In this document: positions 1 through 10,781 of the stretch, piece by piece | How the letters are laid out: every line of letters begins with the position of its first letter | Position numbering within the stretch: the first letter of the stretch is position 1 | Assembly (NCBI GenBank): GCA_946965045.2 | Contig: OX337229.1 | Coordinates: forward strand, 682,001 to 746,000 | Length of the DNA: 64,000 bases | Direction: 5' to 3' | Origin: Epithemia pelagica | Lineage: Eukaryota; Protista; Bacillariophyta | Program-made: the position numbers and the translations under genes | Notes under the pieces: model-generated | Seen by the model: only the letters and a program-made list of their open reading frames with translations | Told to the model about the DNA's origin: nothing | Databases searched by the model: none

Positions 1-768
1 TGATCGGACCATCGAAAGGTTCTCCTTCTACTGATGGTTGGTCGAATACTTGATCATCGTTTTCCACATCCTCCACTCCTTGATCCCCCACTCCTTGATT
101 TCCTCCATCTCCTCAATTGGATCACCTATTCCTTCCTCTTCCTCACCGATGACCTCCATACCCAATCCATGGTTTTCATCTTCCTCGTCTACCTCTTCAT
201 CCACTTCTTCTAGCTCGCCGTCAATATACTCTTCATCATACCGAAGATCAATATCTTGCTCTTCTTCGTCAACAATGAATTCCTCATCGTTTGATTCATC
301 ATCATCATCAAATTCGAGGGCTACAATTCGGTTGTCACGGTTGCCAAATGCCAAATTTGGGTACCGATCTTGCGCATTGGTTAAGTCATACACGCGTTTT
401 TCGATGCCTTCAGGCATTGGCACAATTGTTGCATGATTCCTGTTGATGATTCGGCCAGTAACTAGGCTCATGAAGTAGTATCCTCCCTGGCGGTTCCCTG
501 TAGGGCGAAGGGCAATTGCTCCCACTGTTCTTGGTCCCATGTTGTTTGAATGCTGCTCGTGGGTTTGGACGTACTGACCAAATTCAAATTTGCAGTGACG
601 ATTAAAGTCAATCATTTCCCCAGTTACGAGAGTTCTAGGACTGAGCGTGTTGGAAAGTCCTTGGGATGCTGGAAAAGCGTTCAGCCAATAACAAGCATAC
701 TTTGCCAGTTCAATCACCATAATTCTTGGGACATAGCGAAATGGGAGTGTGTTATATACACAATGCAT
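1..768 (-). pseudogene. Continuation of Copia A integrase and acidic linker, disrupted; the element runs off the left edge of the window
   Basis: Same frame as the 769-2877 ORF after one stop. Integrase C-terminal motifs (YACYWLNAFP, LSPRTLVTG, FEFGQYVQ, GAIALRPTGNRQGGYYFMSL). Apparent frameshift near 115, where the GNQGVGDQGV linker continues in another frame. Confidence 0.85.
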
Positions 769-2877
769 TCATTCCTTGAGCGTTCGTATGTATCGTTCCA
801 CCTCACCAACATGTTCTTCTCTTGAAGTTGGGTTGAGCTTGATCCCAATGTTGTTGAGGGCTGCATTGATCTCTGTCGTATCAAAGGCTCCATCAGCTAA
901 GAGAACACGTGGTCTCAGATCTCCTCGTCGATATATTGACGCTACCTGTTTGATTGCCGTAATGACAGACTGATCTGTAACTGACGGTAGGGTATGGACT
1001 GTCCCGAACTTGATATTCCGAGAGATGGTGACAAGGAAACCCACGCCATTAACATGCATTACATCCATGCTGAGAACAACATCTTTGTGTTTGTCCGGGA
1101 TGGGGACGTCAACGAGTTCTTGGAATTCCACTTTGTGTGGGCGTCTTCGCGTTGTTTTTCCTTTTAGGATCCCTATGTCGGGTCCAAAGATTTTCATTGC
1201 TAACTTGACATCATGACTCGTGAATGGGCAATTCGGAAGTAAATTTGAGTCCAGAATCTTACACAGTTCACGGTCACTTGGTCGCCCTACTTTTGCTTGA
1301 AGCGACCGGACTCCCTTAGCACGAGCAACTTCATTCTCCGTATATCCTTGCTTATTCTTAGACACAGTGGTGACTAGGCATGATTTATTATCTGAATTAC
1401 GCTCAGTATAATACAAGCCATCTCCATTTGATTTGAAGCAGTCCACCTGGTCTCCATTTTTGTCATATACTGTGAATGTATCGTTGTCGTCGTTGTACTT
1501 GATCTTGTGGGTTTTGGTAATGATATAGAATGAGAGGATGTTGACCCAGCCCCCTTGGTCAAACCAGACCGTTCCATAAGGGTCAAATTTGCCTTGAAGT
1601 GCTGTTGTCCTGAATCCCCCATGTCCCCGTATTGTTATCTGATGTGGGGCCTTGGATGGTTGATTTCGTAGAAGTTGTGGATTTGAAAAGACATGGACTG
1701 TTGCCTGGTTGTCGAGTAGGATCCAGGTCTTGGGTATGTTAGTCTGGGAAGTTGAAAGAGAAAGAACAGGTGAGATTGGAATAACAGTTGATATATGGTC
1801 AGTATGATTCGAACCTTGTTGATTGGCACCACCTTGGGTGTCGCCTTGATTTGTAGTTGTTGTAGTGGTTGTTGAATCGGTGATGAATGCAACACCAGTA
1901 CCTCCATTTGCATTTGTCGTATCATGTTGACTCTGTTGTTCTTGTTTTCTTGACATTCTTGCATCCATGATTGCTCTAGCGTCGGCCAAGGTAGCTGGAT
2001 AAATATTCTGTCCATCTAGGAAGTTGTTATGAAGATGAGCTTCATACTCCTTCTGCTGGCATGCTCGAATGAAGCGATTGGCGATCATTCTTTCTTGAGC
2101 TTCTATTTTATCCTCATCGATGGCGTTGCCAGCACGTCCATTTTTCTTGGCAATCTCTTCAACATAGGCAGCATCATAGAGGATAATTTCAAGTTCCTCT
2201 ATCACTTTCACCTTCGCCTTAAACACTTCATAGAACTGGTGGACACTCTGACCGGGATGCCGTTTCAAGTGATAAAAGTCAAACCGGATTCGGTCCATTG
2301 CCATTCCAGTGTTAACTCTCCCAGGCTGGTAGGTGAAGGTGGTTGTTTTTATGAGCTGCAATAACTCAATCCCGTCTCTCTTGGTTTGAATTGATCCAAA
2401 GTCTTTGTGAGCACGAAGTTTATCCTTGAGGAGTTCTGTTGACTGTCCCAATATAATACTATATAGAGCAGATCGAAAATCTGCCACTGCATCTCGTTTA
2501 TCCATCATTCGCTTGTACTCCATCTTCCAGGCTTCGACTTGGATGTTGGTTGCAGTAGGTTCTGGCTCCGTTGGTGCAACTGGGTCTTGTAGGTTGAGGT
2601 TCTCCACAGCGACTTGAAAATCTTGGTTGTATTTCGAGAACTTGGTTCCGATGTAACCGATTAATAGTTCTATGTTTTTTAAGTATCTCTTCGCTTGGGA
2701 GTCTTCAGCGTAATCGAAAATGCACCCTTTGAGCAAGGGCTCTTGTCCTTCAAATTTACTAGTTGTACCTCCTCGGTTGCGTCCGCCACGACCACGACCT
2801 TGGTTTCCTCTACCTCGTCCTTGTTGTCCTCGTCCTCGACCACCTGAGTCCACTTGGTCAGGTCTTGCTTCTGACAT
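769..2877 (-). mobile_element. Ty1/Copia retrotransposon A: gag-protease-integrase N-terminal part of the polyprotein
   Basis: RG-rich N-terminus, protease motif WILLDNQATVHVF, pre-integrase motif GRPS..C.FTSHDV..A.KIFGPD, integrase core (MDVMHVNG...LADGAF...EHVGEVERYIRTLKE). Ends at an in-frame TGA (769-771). Confidence 0.9.
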
Positions 2878-2879
2878 GC

Positions 2880-3482
2880 TTATGATTCTCGGATGAGTTT
2901 CACGTTGTTGAGTTGTCTTTGATGTTCTTCAAACTTGTTCGTGATCTTGTTCCAAATGCGGACCCAAACTTGCTCGCCTGACTTTGTGTATCTTACGACA
3001 GTCCCTTGAAGATTTGATATCCCCCTAGCGTGTTGCGCCAACTTGACAGGAGTGAGGACTGAGACTTTCGAGTGAACTTGAATCACGTCTTCTACTTCTT
3101 GTTCTTCTGTGTCTTCAACTTCAACTGCTGCTGCTTCAGGTAGTAATTCACCTCGTTCTGCTTGTCCCAAAATATGTTCTTCTTCTTCAAGTGCTGTTCT
3201 GTATACTGCTCCTGAGTCGGCTTCAAACTGATTTCTTGCTTCACGAAGCGCTTGTCTATACCGCGTATTCTCAGTAGCACGTTCCTCTTGATAGCGCTGT
3301 TCTAACTGGGCTTTATCAGCCCAGTACCGGTGGTCCACCGCACGAAGACGGTCTTCGTGGGCTTGTTCCAGCTGGCCAGTCTTGCGCTTTTCTGTTCGTT
3401 GGAGGCGTATAAAGGCAGTTATCAATCTTGAGATTGGACCATCCGCGGGACCTTCAGAACACGGGCCTTCACTATTTGACAT
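2880..3482 (-). CDS. 200-aa ORF of unknown function inside Copia A, between the 5' LTR and gag
   Basis: ATG at 3482. Its TAA is 2 nt before the gag ATG (TAA-GC-ATG). Charged helical N-half and beta-rich C-half. Confidence 0.6.
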   Translation of the reverse strand: MSNSEGPCSEGPADGPISRLITAFIRLQRTEKRKTGQLEQAHEDRLRAVDHRYWADKAQLEQRYQEERATENTRYRQALREARNQFEADSGAVYRTALEEEEHILGQAERGELLPEAAAVEVEDTEEQEVEDVIQVHSKVSVLTPVKLAQHARGISNLQGTVVRYTKSGEQVWVRIWNKITNKFEEHQRQLNNVKLIRES

Positions 3483-3519
3483 TCAGTGTAAGCTGAATGA
3501 TCGTTTTCTTTTTAAAATA

Positions 3520-3733
3520 TGTTGAAACACAACTCCGGTCGTACCGTACAAGTAACCACTAGAGATGATCTCGTGTTATTTTAAAAAGAATGAGCCTCCT
3601 CTTGGCTCATTTGTTTGTTTCGCCTCGATCTTGTGCCTATGACTCTGACGTGTCACCAAAGTCCATTGGGCCTTTTCCTCTTCAGTCGCACTTTTCGTTT
3701 CCTTTGCCTTACTCGCATCCACTTGTCCTAACA
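3520..3733 (-). repeat. Probable 5' LTR of Copia A (inner boundary at 3520 or 3574)
   Basis: Minus strand begins TGTTAGG at 3733 and ends either AATAACA (3574) or TTTCAACA (3520). The partner LTR is outside the window, so this cannot be confirmed. Confidence 0.55.
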
Positions 3734-3995
3734 GTTATCTCTGGTTTTGAGAGAGATTTTGTGTCCTGTTGTTTCGATTGTGTGAGGCGGAAGGCGCGAG
3801 GGCTTATAGATTGAGTCAAGTAGACTCCGGAGTTTGTTCTTTTTTTGGCAAAGTGCGACAATCCGACTACCAGCTTGGTCATGTTTGGTCGTCTGGATAC
3901 TTGCACTTAAACAGACTAGGTTTTTTGGTCGGCGGCAATGGAGTCTCGTGAGATGTTCTGGCTATCTCTGGTTTTGAGAGAGATTTTGTGTCCTG

Positions 3996-4618
3996 CAACT
4001 TCCGGTAATGGACTCAAAACGTACGAAATCTTCCTACTTCTCAGAGTATCGTCACGATAAAACAACCGTTTTCATATTGCGTTATGACACACCAATAGCT
4101 CTGATATGATCATATTAGATACAGATTCTTTCGATATGAGGCAAGCATCCCGAGTCACGGATGTCGGGGGACATTGTAGATGTCGTTTGATGTCGTTTGA
4201 TGTCGTTTGATGTCGTTTGATGTCGTTTGATGTTTTTATCGCCAAAGAATCTCTACTCTCCAGCTGTTGGTATTCTTCAACAGAAAACACACGACTTGTT
4301 GACGATAGGCCCATCGCTGAATCAACTGAATGATCACCGCTGGATTTTGACTCAAACCATGTTTCCGTGCGAGCCCGAAACGACATCAAACGACGTCAAA
4401 CAACATCAAACAACATCAAACGACATCCCTCACGACATCAAACGACATCCCTCACGACATTCCCGTTTGTTCCATACTAGAGAGATTGGGAAACCATACT
4501 CTATGGCTTCATTATACGTATTTTGTATTAATATCGATCCTTTGTCGAAGAAGTTCTTGGTCTTGTACTCTGGGTATTGCTTGCGGATATGGGACTCACG
4601 GGTAGTTACCGGAAGTTG
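3996..4618. mobile_element. Non-autonomous TIR element (MITE), PIF/Harbinger-like by target site
   Basis: Perfect 13-bp TIRs CAACTTCCGGTAA (3996-4008) and TTACCGGAAGTTG (4606-4618). 3-bp TSD CTG (3993-3995, 4619-4621). Removing the element restores the uninterrupted repeat GTCCTGTTGTTTCG seen at 3763. Confidence 0.85.
4179..4460. repeat. Opposed 10-bp minisatellite arrays inside the MITE
   Basis: (GATGTCGTTT)x5 at 4179-4228 and degenerate reverse-complement (AAACGACATC)n at about 4378-4460. Confidence 0.9.
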
Positions 4619-5273
4619 CTGTTGTTTCGATTGTGTGATTCGGTAGGCGCGAGGGCTTATAGATTGAGTCAAATAGACGCTGGAGCTGGTTCTTCTTTGG
4701 CAAAGTGCGACAGTCCGAATAAAAGCTTGGGGTCATGTTTTTTAAACACATCACCAAGAAAGTTTCCCTTTTTTGGTAGAATGTTCTGAAATTTTGTTTT
4801 TTGTACACGACTCAAGTGATTTTATCCAGTTTGAGTTTTTTAAAATCAGATTCGTTTTTGTTTTATGGTATGTGGAAAATTCCGTCCAAAAACACAGTCT
4901 ATTCAAATTCTAAAGGGGGTGCCAACTTGCGCACGCGGAGCAAGTCGACCGACGCGCCGGGCCCGGACGGCAGACGGGCGAGGACCGAGGACGGCGAATA
5001 GCTACCACGGACCACGGTAGCGAATAAGGCAATAACTGGAACAAGACTACTGTGCCTTGTTGGGCCACCGACGATTCAGGAATGGTTTGAGTGCCATTGC
5101 ACGCCTCTACCATCCTCTCAAATCTGCCACAAGTGAAGACAAGTTCTCGCGGGCGTCACTCCGATCACAGAAACAAGAGGAACTCTACAGACTTTTCTTG
5201 ACAAGCAAACGTATGGACGATAATAGGGTAAACTAAGATGCTAAGTATTAATTTTCAAAATATAAGGCTTGTG

Positions 5274-6666
5274 TTAGACTGAATTGTCACGATCCAACCG
5301 AAAGGTATGATTGCATCCGATTTGAAAGGCTCCATTGTCATCGTAATACGCATAGCATCCTCTTTCTCGTTTACACGTGTCTACATCAGCCTTGAGCTGT
5401 CCATCCAGTTGGTCCTTTTTGTGAAAGGCAAAGGCATTCGGCATATCTCTATCATGGTAGGTACCATACGTTTTTTGAATACCAAGACCACCCTTGTTTT
5501 GGGGATCCACATTGGACCACAAAATGGGTTGGTCTGGTTGATAGACGGGGCAACAACGTGGAAAATGAATGTGAGACCAGAGTGACTGGAAAACACATGA
5601 AAGTCAAATCGTTGGAAGCGACAAAGACAAACTCTAGTAGACACATACCTTTGGGGATCCGGTATAAATCCTTGCCTTGATTTCCACCATATAGAACCCG
5701 GTGTTTCGTAAAGTAGGCTCGCATCTCCGGTCCTAGAAATCGACCTGTGGCGATTTTGCCCTGGACACATTGGACGTCAAATTGGTTTCCGGCAAATTCG
5801 GCATGTGTCTTGGCCAGGGCATACCAAATGCCCGGTTGGTCCGAATCGCCCCACGAGTATTTTCCGGGTGTGGTGTTAAAGTTTCCTTGCGAACAGAGTC
5901 CCTGCGCAAACCGCATCCAATGATGCAACACACGTCGACCAAAAGCATTGTTTCGAATCATGACAACATAGGCCGAAAAAACATGAAAGCCGGGAACATC
6001 GACCGGCACGAACACTGACACATTGCGAAAGCCATGCAGTTCCCAGTCCTTGATGAAACTTTCCAACGGAATGGTGAGATCGCGAATGTACCAGTCCACA
6101 TCGGCATAGACGAGCCAATCGTAGTGTGGCAAAGCGGCCACCATGTGTGGCACGCGATGCCAGGTGCCATATTTCAACCAATATCGAGACTGCACGTTGC
6201 GATCAAATCCCCACGTGGTGTTGAAAATAAAATCATAGCCCCAAATGTTGGCGTAACAGGCCTTGTTGATCATATGATCAATATTGGTAGCCTTGATGCG
6301 AGGTGCCCGTGGACCATGTTTTTTGGTCACAAAACCCGACAAGATGGCAATTTTGGGCCTCGGTGTGTCTGAGCTGTTGCTCGCACTGTCACCTGTTGTG
6401 TTTATTGTGTTTGTCGTTATGGTGGTCTTGGTCGTTATGGTTGTGTTGCTTGTTGTCGTCTGTAGTACGGGTTCAATGATCGGCAGCGTTGCATTCAAAT
6501 CGGGACCTTCCAACGAGGATGTGGCCCGATGCACCACCTCTTCAAAGGAAGGTGGCATCAACTTCATGGAAGACTGTAACATCCATAGACTCAGACCAAG
6601 CAGTACGATCGTAACCGTGGTAAACCGCTTTTTGCCCTTTGGAAAAAGAAAAGTCGCAAACGTCAT
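5274..6666 (-). CDS. Type II membrane glycosyltransferase, GT34 (GMA12/MNN10)-like, with introns in the 3' part
   Basis: N-terminal TM, S/T-rich stem, NKACYANIWGYDF, W.RVP, WLVYADVD (DxD) and DQ motifs. GTATGT donor after RIPK. Confidence 0.75.
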
Positions 6667-6744
6667 TTTTTCGAGAGAGGATGAATGTGGATAGCAAGAA
6701 TCGGATAGACTTGATGTTACGAGTCCAATGGAAGTTACGAGAGA

Positions 6745-7000
6745 CGTGTGGTCGTCTGGATGCTTTCACTTGTACACATTAGGTTCCCTCGGAGGCAATC
6801 GAGTCTTGTGAAATGTTGGTATCTCTGGTTTTGTGAGCGATTGTGTCCTGTTGCTTTGATTGTGTGAGTCGGTAGGCGCGAGGGCTTATGACGGATGGAT
6901 AGATTGAGTCAGACCAGCGCATGGCACGCGGCCCAACGGTCCTCTTTTGTGGTGCGACAGACAGACGCGCCATGGTTTTTGTCAGACGCGTTTGGAGTTT
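6745..7000. repeat. Diverged copy of the ~227-bp repeat
   Basis: GGTCGTCTGGAT...TATCTCTGGTTTTGTGAGCGATTGTGTCCTGTTGCTTTGATTGTGTGAGTCGGTAGGCGCGAGGGCTTAT matches 3886-3995 and 3769-3810. Confidence 0.8.
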
Positions 7001-7117
7001 GGACACGTGGATGAGAACCCAAAGAACAGGATAGACAGACACAACAGACGGCGTAGTTTTTGCCTCCAACTCCAACTTCGCCATTTTCTGGATCTTTTGA
7101 ATTATTATCTTTTCACC

Positions 7118-8272
7118 ATGACGCGTTGTCACCGCTTTTCGAAGAACAACCAAAGGAACTGGATCCTTCTGTCCCTCCTACCCTGGATTCATCTGGTGTT
7201 GTCCTTCAATTGTTTCTCATCTTCATCCCAGTGGCTTGCGGAGGCGGCAAACTGGAGATATTCTGCACCGGCAGTCCAATCTCGTTACCATCCTCACAGA
7301 ATAAGCGCCCTCTCCAGTGCCTCCCATGGAAATGACAATCATGATGAATTAACTCAACGACAAAGAAGAATTCTCGACCCCCAAACAAGTGTTCGTGGAG
7401 GAGATCAAGCATCCTCCTCGTCGTCATCTGGTCCGTACCATCAGGGCTATCCTCCCTATCCAGAAAATCCCATCGGCGAAGGACAACAACAACAACAACA
7501 AGCTCTAGAGAATGGCTACAATCAGCAAGATGCCTATTTGTACCAAGATCCATCGACTCAACTCGGTGCACCACCCGAGATGTTGGATGAGAATCCTTTT
7601 CCAGAAACGGTTCAAGAACGTGTCGAACGATGGAAGACCCAACAACGGGAGCAAGCCATGTTAACCTCCCAAGAAATTCCCAACACGAGTGGTCAACAAG
7701 CCATGTCACTTCTCGGCACTGTCTCCAAGGGCGCTCGAACGGTGATTTTCTTTTTGCTCATGTGGCGCGACATTTCCCTCTTTGAAACAGCCGATCAAGT
7801 CTTTGCCTCCAAACCCCTGATGCGTGCCATGATTGTCACACCCTTGATTGGACTGTTCCTGGCCAACATGGCCGGGGCCATTTACTCCTTGACCATGACA
7901 TCCTCGTCCCATAGTACCACCAAACGACGACTCAAGGCCATTCTCAATGTCGACAAACTCCTCGAAATGGCCTTGGCCGTCTTTTATGCCATTCGACTCT
8001 GTCTCGTACCCTCTCGCTATACCACACGAGAAGTGTACATGTCCAACTTGTTTCATTCCATTTTATTCATCATTCAATGCAATGCCTTTACACGTGTCAC
8101 ATGGAACGATCAACAACCACCTGAATTCATCAAGTCAGGCAAGGACGGGGACGAACCGACAGTGACTGACGCGGACCGACCCTACCCCGAACAGACACAA
8201 TACTATCCACAATCCTCCTCCCAATACGGCAATGACAATCCTTTACAGTCGCAAAACTATTATTACAGATAG
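7118..8272 (+). CDS. Unknown membrane protein with signal peptide and 3-4 C-terminal TM segments
   Basis: ATG at 7118, hydrophobic leader ending LVLS-F, Q/P/Y-rich middle, hydrophobic helices near the C-terminus. Confidence 0.7.
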   Translation: MTRCHRFSKNNQRNWILLSLLPWIHLVLSFNCFSSSSQWLAEAANWRYSAPAVQSRYHPHRISALSSASHGNDNHDELTQRQRRILDPQTSVRGGDQASSSSSSGPYHQGYPPYPENPIGEGQQQQQQALENGYNQQDAYLYQDPSTQLGAPPEMLDENPFPETVQERVERWKTQQREQAMLTSQEIPNTSGQQAMSLLGTVSKGARTVIFFLLMWRDISLFETADQVFASKPLMRAMIVTPLIGLFLANMAGAIYSLTMTSSSHSTTKRRLKAILNVDKLLEMALAVFYAIRLCLVPSRYTTREVYMSNLFHSILFIIQCNAFTRVTWNDQQPPEFIKSGKDGDEPTVTDADRPYPEQTQYYPQSSSQYGNDNPLQSQNYYYR

Positions 8273-8334
8273 AATTCACACATGTTCGCCTTCCTCTATT
8301 CCTACTCCGCATAATGTTGTGGTATCGTTTCCTC

Positions 8335-10233
8335 CTAGGATGCTAGGCTGCTGGTGGTACTGGTTACACCACTTTGCGCTTCGACATGGTCGCGAATGGC
8401 ATTCAAGTTGGTGCACAAATCTTGAACAATCCGACCTTCAATAAACTGTACTGGCAAATAGGCTCGAGGCGACACTGGTTCAACACAAAAAAGCTGTTGA
8501 GAGAGGGAAAAAACCCGATTTCATCCACACACACATTTCCCACCACCCGATGGACTGGACGTACCTTCTACGGCATAGGTTAATCGACTGGATTGTTGGC
8601 CGGGCGGTGCACAGCCGGGTAAGGGTTGCATTCTCCACACACCTTGATACATGCGAAATTCTCCCTCTTCCCCCGGAATCGATTGCATGGTAATATCTCG
8701 AGTGGGCAATTGCGAAATGCCAAAGGGCCGAGGAAAGCGATACCGTTCCAAGGGGACTGTCGTCATGTCCTGCGCTCGTTCCTTGCGCGATTTGCCCTGC
8801 CACAGGGGCTCTTGAAAATGGGCAAAGTCGGGCAAGCCCTGCGGCCATTCCCGGACTTCTAAAGTGGTGCGGGCCGAAAAATTAATGCCCACCACCTTGG
8901 CACCGCCCACTTGCCGCAATTTGGCGCCCCGCATTTGCTCACACAAGGCTTGACACTGATCCGTTTCCAACATGTTGTCAGTGGTAGCCAAGAGTGCGGT
9001 AGTGTTGGCGTCGTCGTCCGTTCCGGGATACCGTTCCAGGACTTGATTGACCAAGAGATTGGGAACGACCTGATCGAGCTTGTCGTAATCGGTCAAGAGA
9101 TTCCACACCACATCCACACTGGACAAAATGTCAATGCCGGCAAAGATGCGACGAGAATTTTCCGGCGCCCGTTCGACGCGCACCACTGGTTCGCCGGGGA
9201 CCAAACACGAGTCTTCGTCCAAAAAGGGCGGCGCCATTTCACTCGTGGTAAAGTCGACATCTTCCAAGGTCAATGCAGCTGCATCGGCATTGGCACTGTC
9301 GATCGTACCATTCGTGCCGTGTCGCAGCGTGGAAGAATAAAAGTCGACCAAGGCCTTGCGTTCGGCCAAATCCTCGGCCCGTGCCATGGCGTGAGCGGCG
9401 GCTTCGGCTTGGGCAATGGCCGCCGCTTGAATGACCCCCATGGTATCATAGGCATGGGATTTGGCAAATTGCAACGAGGTCTTGGTATCCTCCAAGGACT
9501 GTTCCATATCCCGCAAGGCTTGCTCCATCGGTGCAAAGGCTTCGTCCACAATACTCGCCAGGTCCATGTTGTCACTCGTAGCCGTGGATGTCATTGGCGT
9601 TGTCAACGGATCGCTGCCGAGATTCAACGACCTTCCTCCACTGCTGGCACTGCTCGTACTACTTGTACTACTCCCGTGTCGTTTCTTTTTAAAGACTTCA
9701 TCCACGGCCAAATCGACGGCATTCACCGTGGCATCCCTTAAGACTTCGGCAATGGTATGCGGCATATTGTAGGCCGTCGACAAGGGTCGTACCACCATGT
9801 TGCGAGCCAATTGGGTCACGCGTCGTCGCAACTTGGTTCGTCGCGACAAGTCTTCTTCTTCGTCGTCGTCATTGTCGTCGTCATTGTCGTCCAACGACTC
9901 GCCATTGGGAGCTGTACTACTACCATTGAGTACCAAATCGTCGTTTGTCGGTCGTTCCTCCTCTAGACCACTTTTTTCTGGGGGTTGCTGCTCGGGTGGT
10001 GATGGTTCTTGCTGTGAATTGGCATTGGAGAGAAACTGGCACGACGAGGGACGTCCTGGGCGATGGCATGGGTGTTGTCGTCGTAGTGTTGGTGGGCATG
10101 GGTCGACTGGATCGTTGGTCCATACAGAGACGGATGATTGGATCCGTCGAGGCGTGGAAAAGGACCACGTCTCGTGAAACAACCAGCAGCAGGATAACGA
10201 TATTACTAGCAACAGCCGCATGATCCGGATCAT
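8335..10233 (-). CDS. Polyketide cyclase/dehydrase (START-like, SRPBCC) domain protein, probably plastid-targeted
   Basis: Bipartite-type leader (TWS-F). RRIFAGIDI...VWNLLTDYDKLDQVVPNL, LRQVGG, F..YQGVWRMQPL and LTYAVE motifs. One intron near 8479-8547; last exon VSPRAYLPVQFIEGRI. Confidence 0.8.
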
Positions 10234-10781
10234 TGTTTGAGAGACTTGCACAGTGCTGTTGTCTATCTCTCGCTCTATTTGTTCTTTGGCTTTCTTCTTC
10301 TTCTTCTTCTTCTTGATTGGAACAACACGTACCCATCTGCCGCTCTGACACCCCCCTTCATTTTTTGCGCCTTCTCCGATTGAGGGGGGGTTGAAGAGGA
10401 AGGGGCATAAAGACGGGGGCCTCTCTTTCTCTCCCCCCGTCTGGCCGCCGTACCGGCTGCACAGCGGACGACCATGGCCAACTCTTCTCATTTTTCAGTG
10501 ATCAAGATCTCTCGAGATCTTGGCGTCGTGCTGTTGGTTGCAGCTTGTTTGGTTTGTCGCCATCTATCGAGATTGACACGCAATACGCACAACACTCTAG
10601 TAAAAGAGAAACGAGTGCCTCTCCACACAAAAAAGCATCTACACGTTTACACACAACCACAGTTGGAGCAACCACACCGAACATGAAGCAGTGCCGTGGT
10701 GGCGAATGGTTGGTCCAATCGTCGTCCTAAACCCAAAGCAGCAATTGCCACCCCAACAACAACCACCAAAACAAGAACACC

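Larger units (their letters stand above)
3734..4745. repeat. Tandem ~227-bp repeat units (about 1.7 copies); the second unit is interrupted by a MITE
   Basis: TATCTCTGGTTTTGAGAGAGATTTTGTGTCCTG occurs at 3736 and 3963. The unit resumes at 4622 (TTGTTTCGATTGTGTG...GGCGCGAGGGCTTATAGATTGAGTC), matching 3769 onward. Confidence 0.85.

Noticed and set aside
4179-4460. Short repeats as a CRISPR-like array
   Set aside because: They are contiguous 10-bp units without spacers, in a eukaryotic context with no cas genes.
4910-5030. GC-rich non-coding patch
   Set aside because: No TIR, tRNA fold or second copy could be identified by eye.
8911-9741. Long antisense or overlapping ORFs (also 28310-29011, 47019-48032, 38761-39333 and others)
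   Set aside because: They are shadow frames of real genes on the opposite strand and have no independent motifs.
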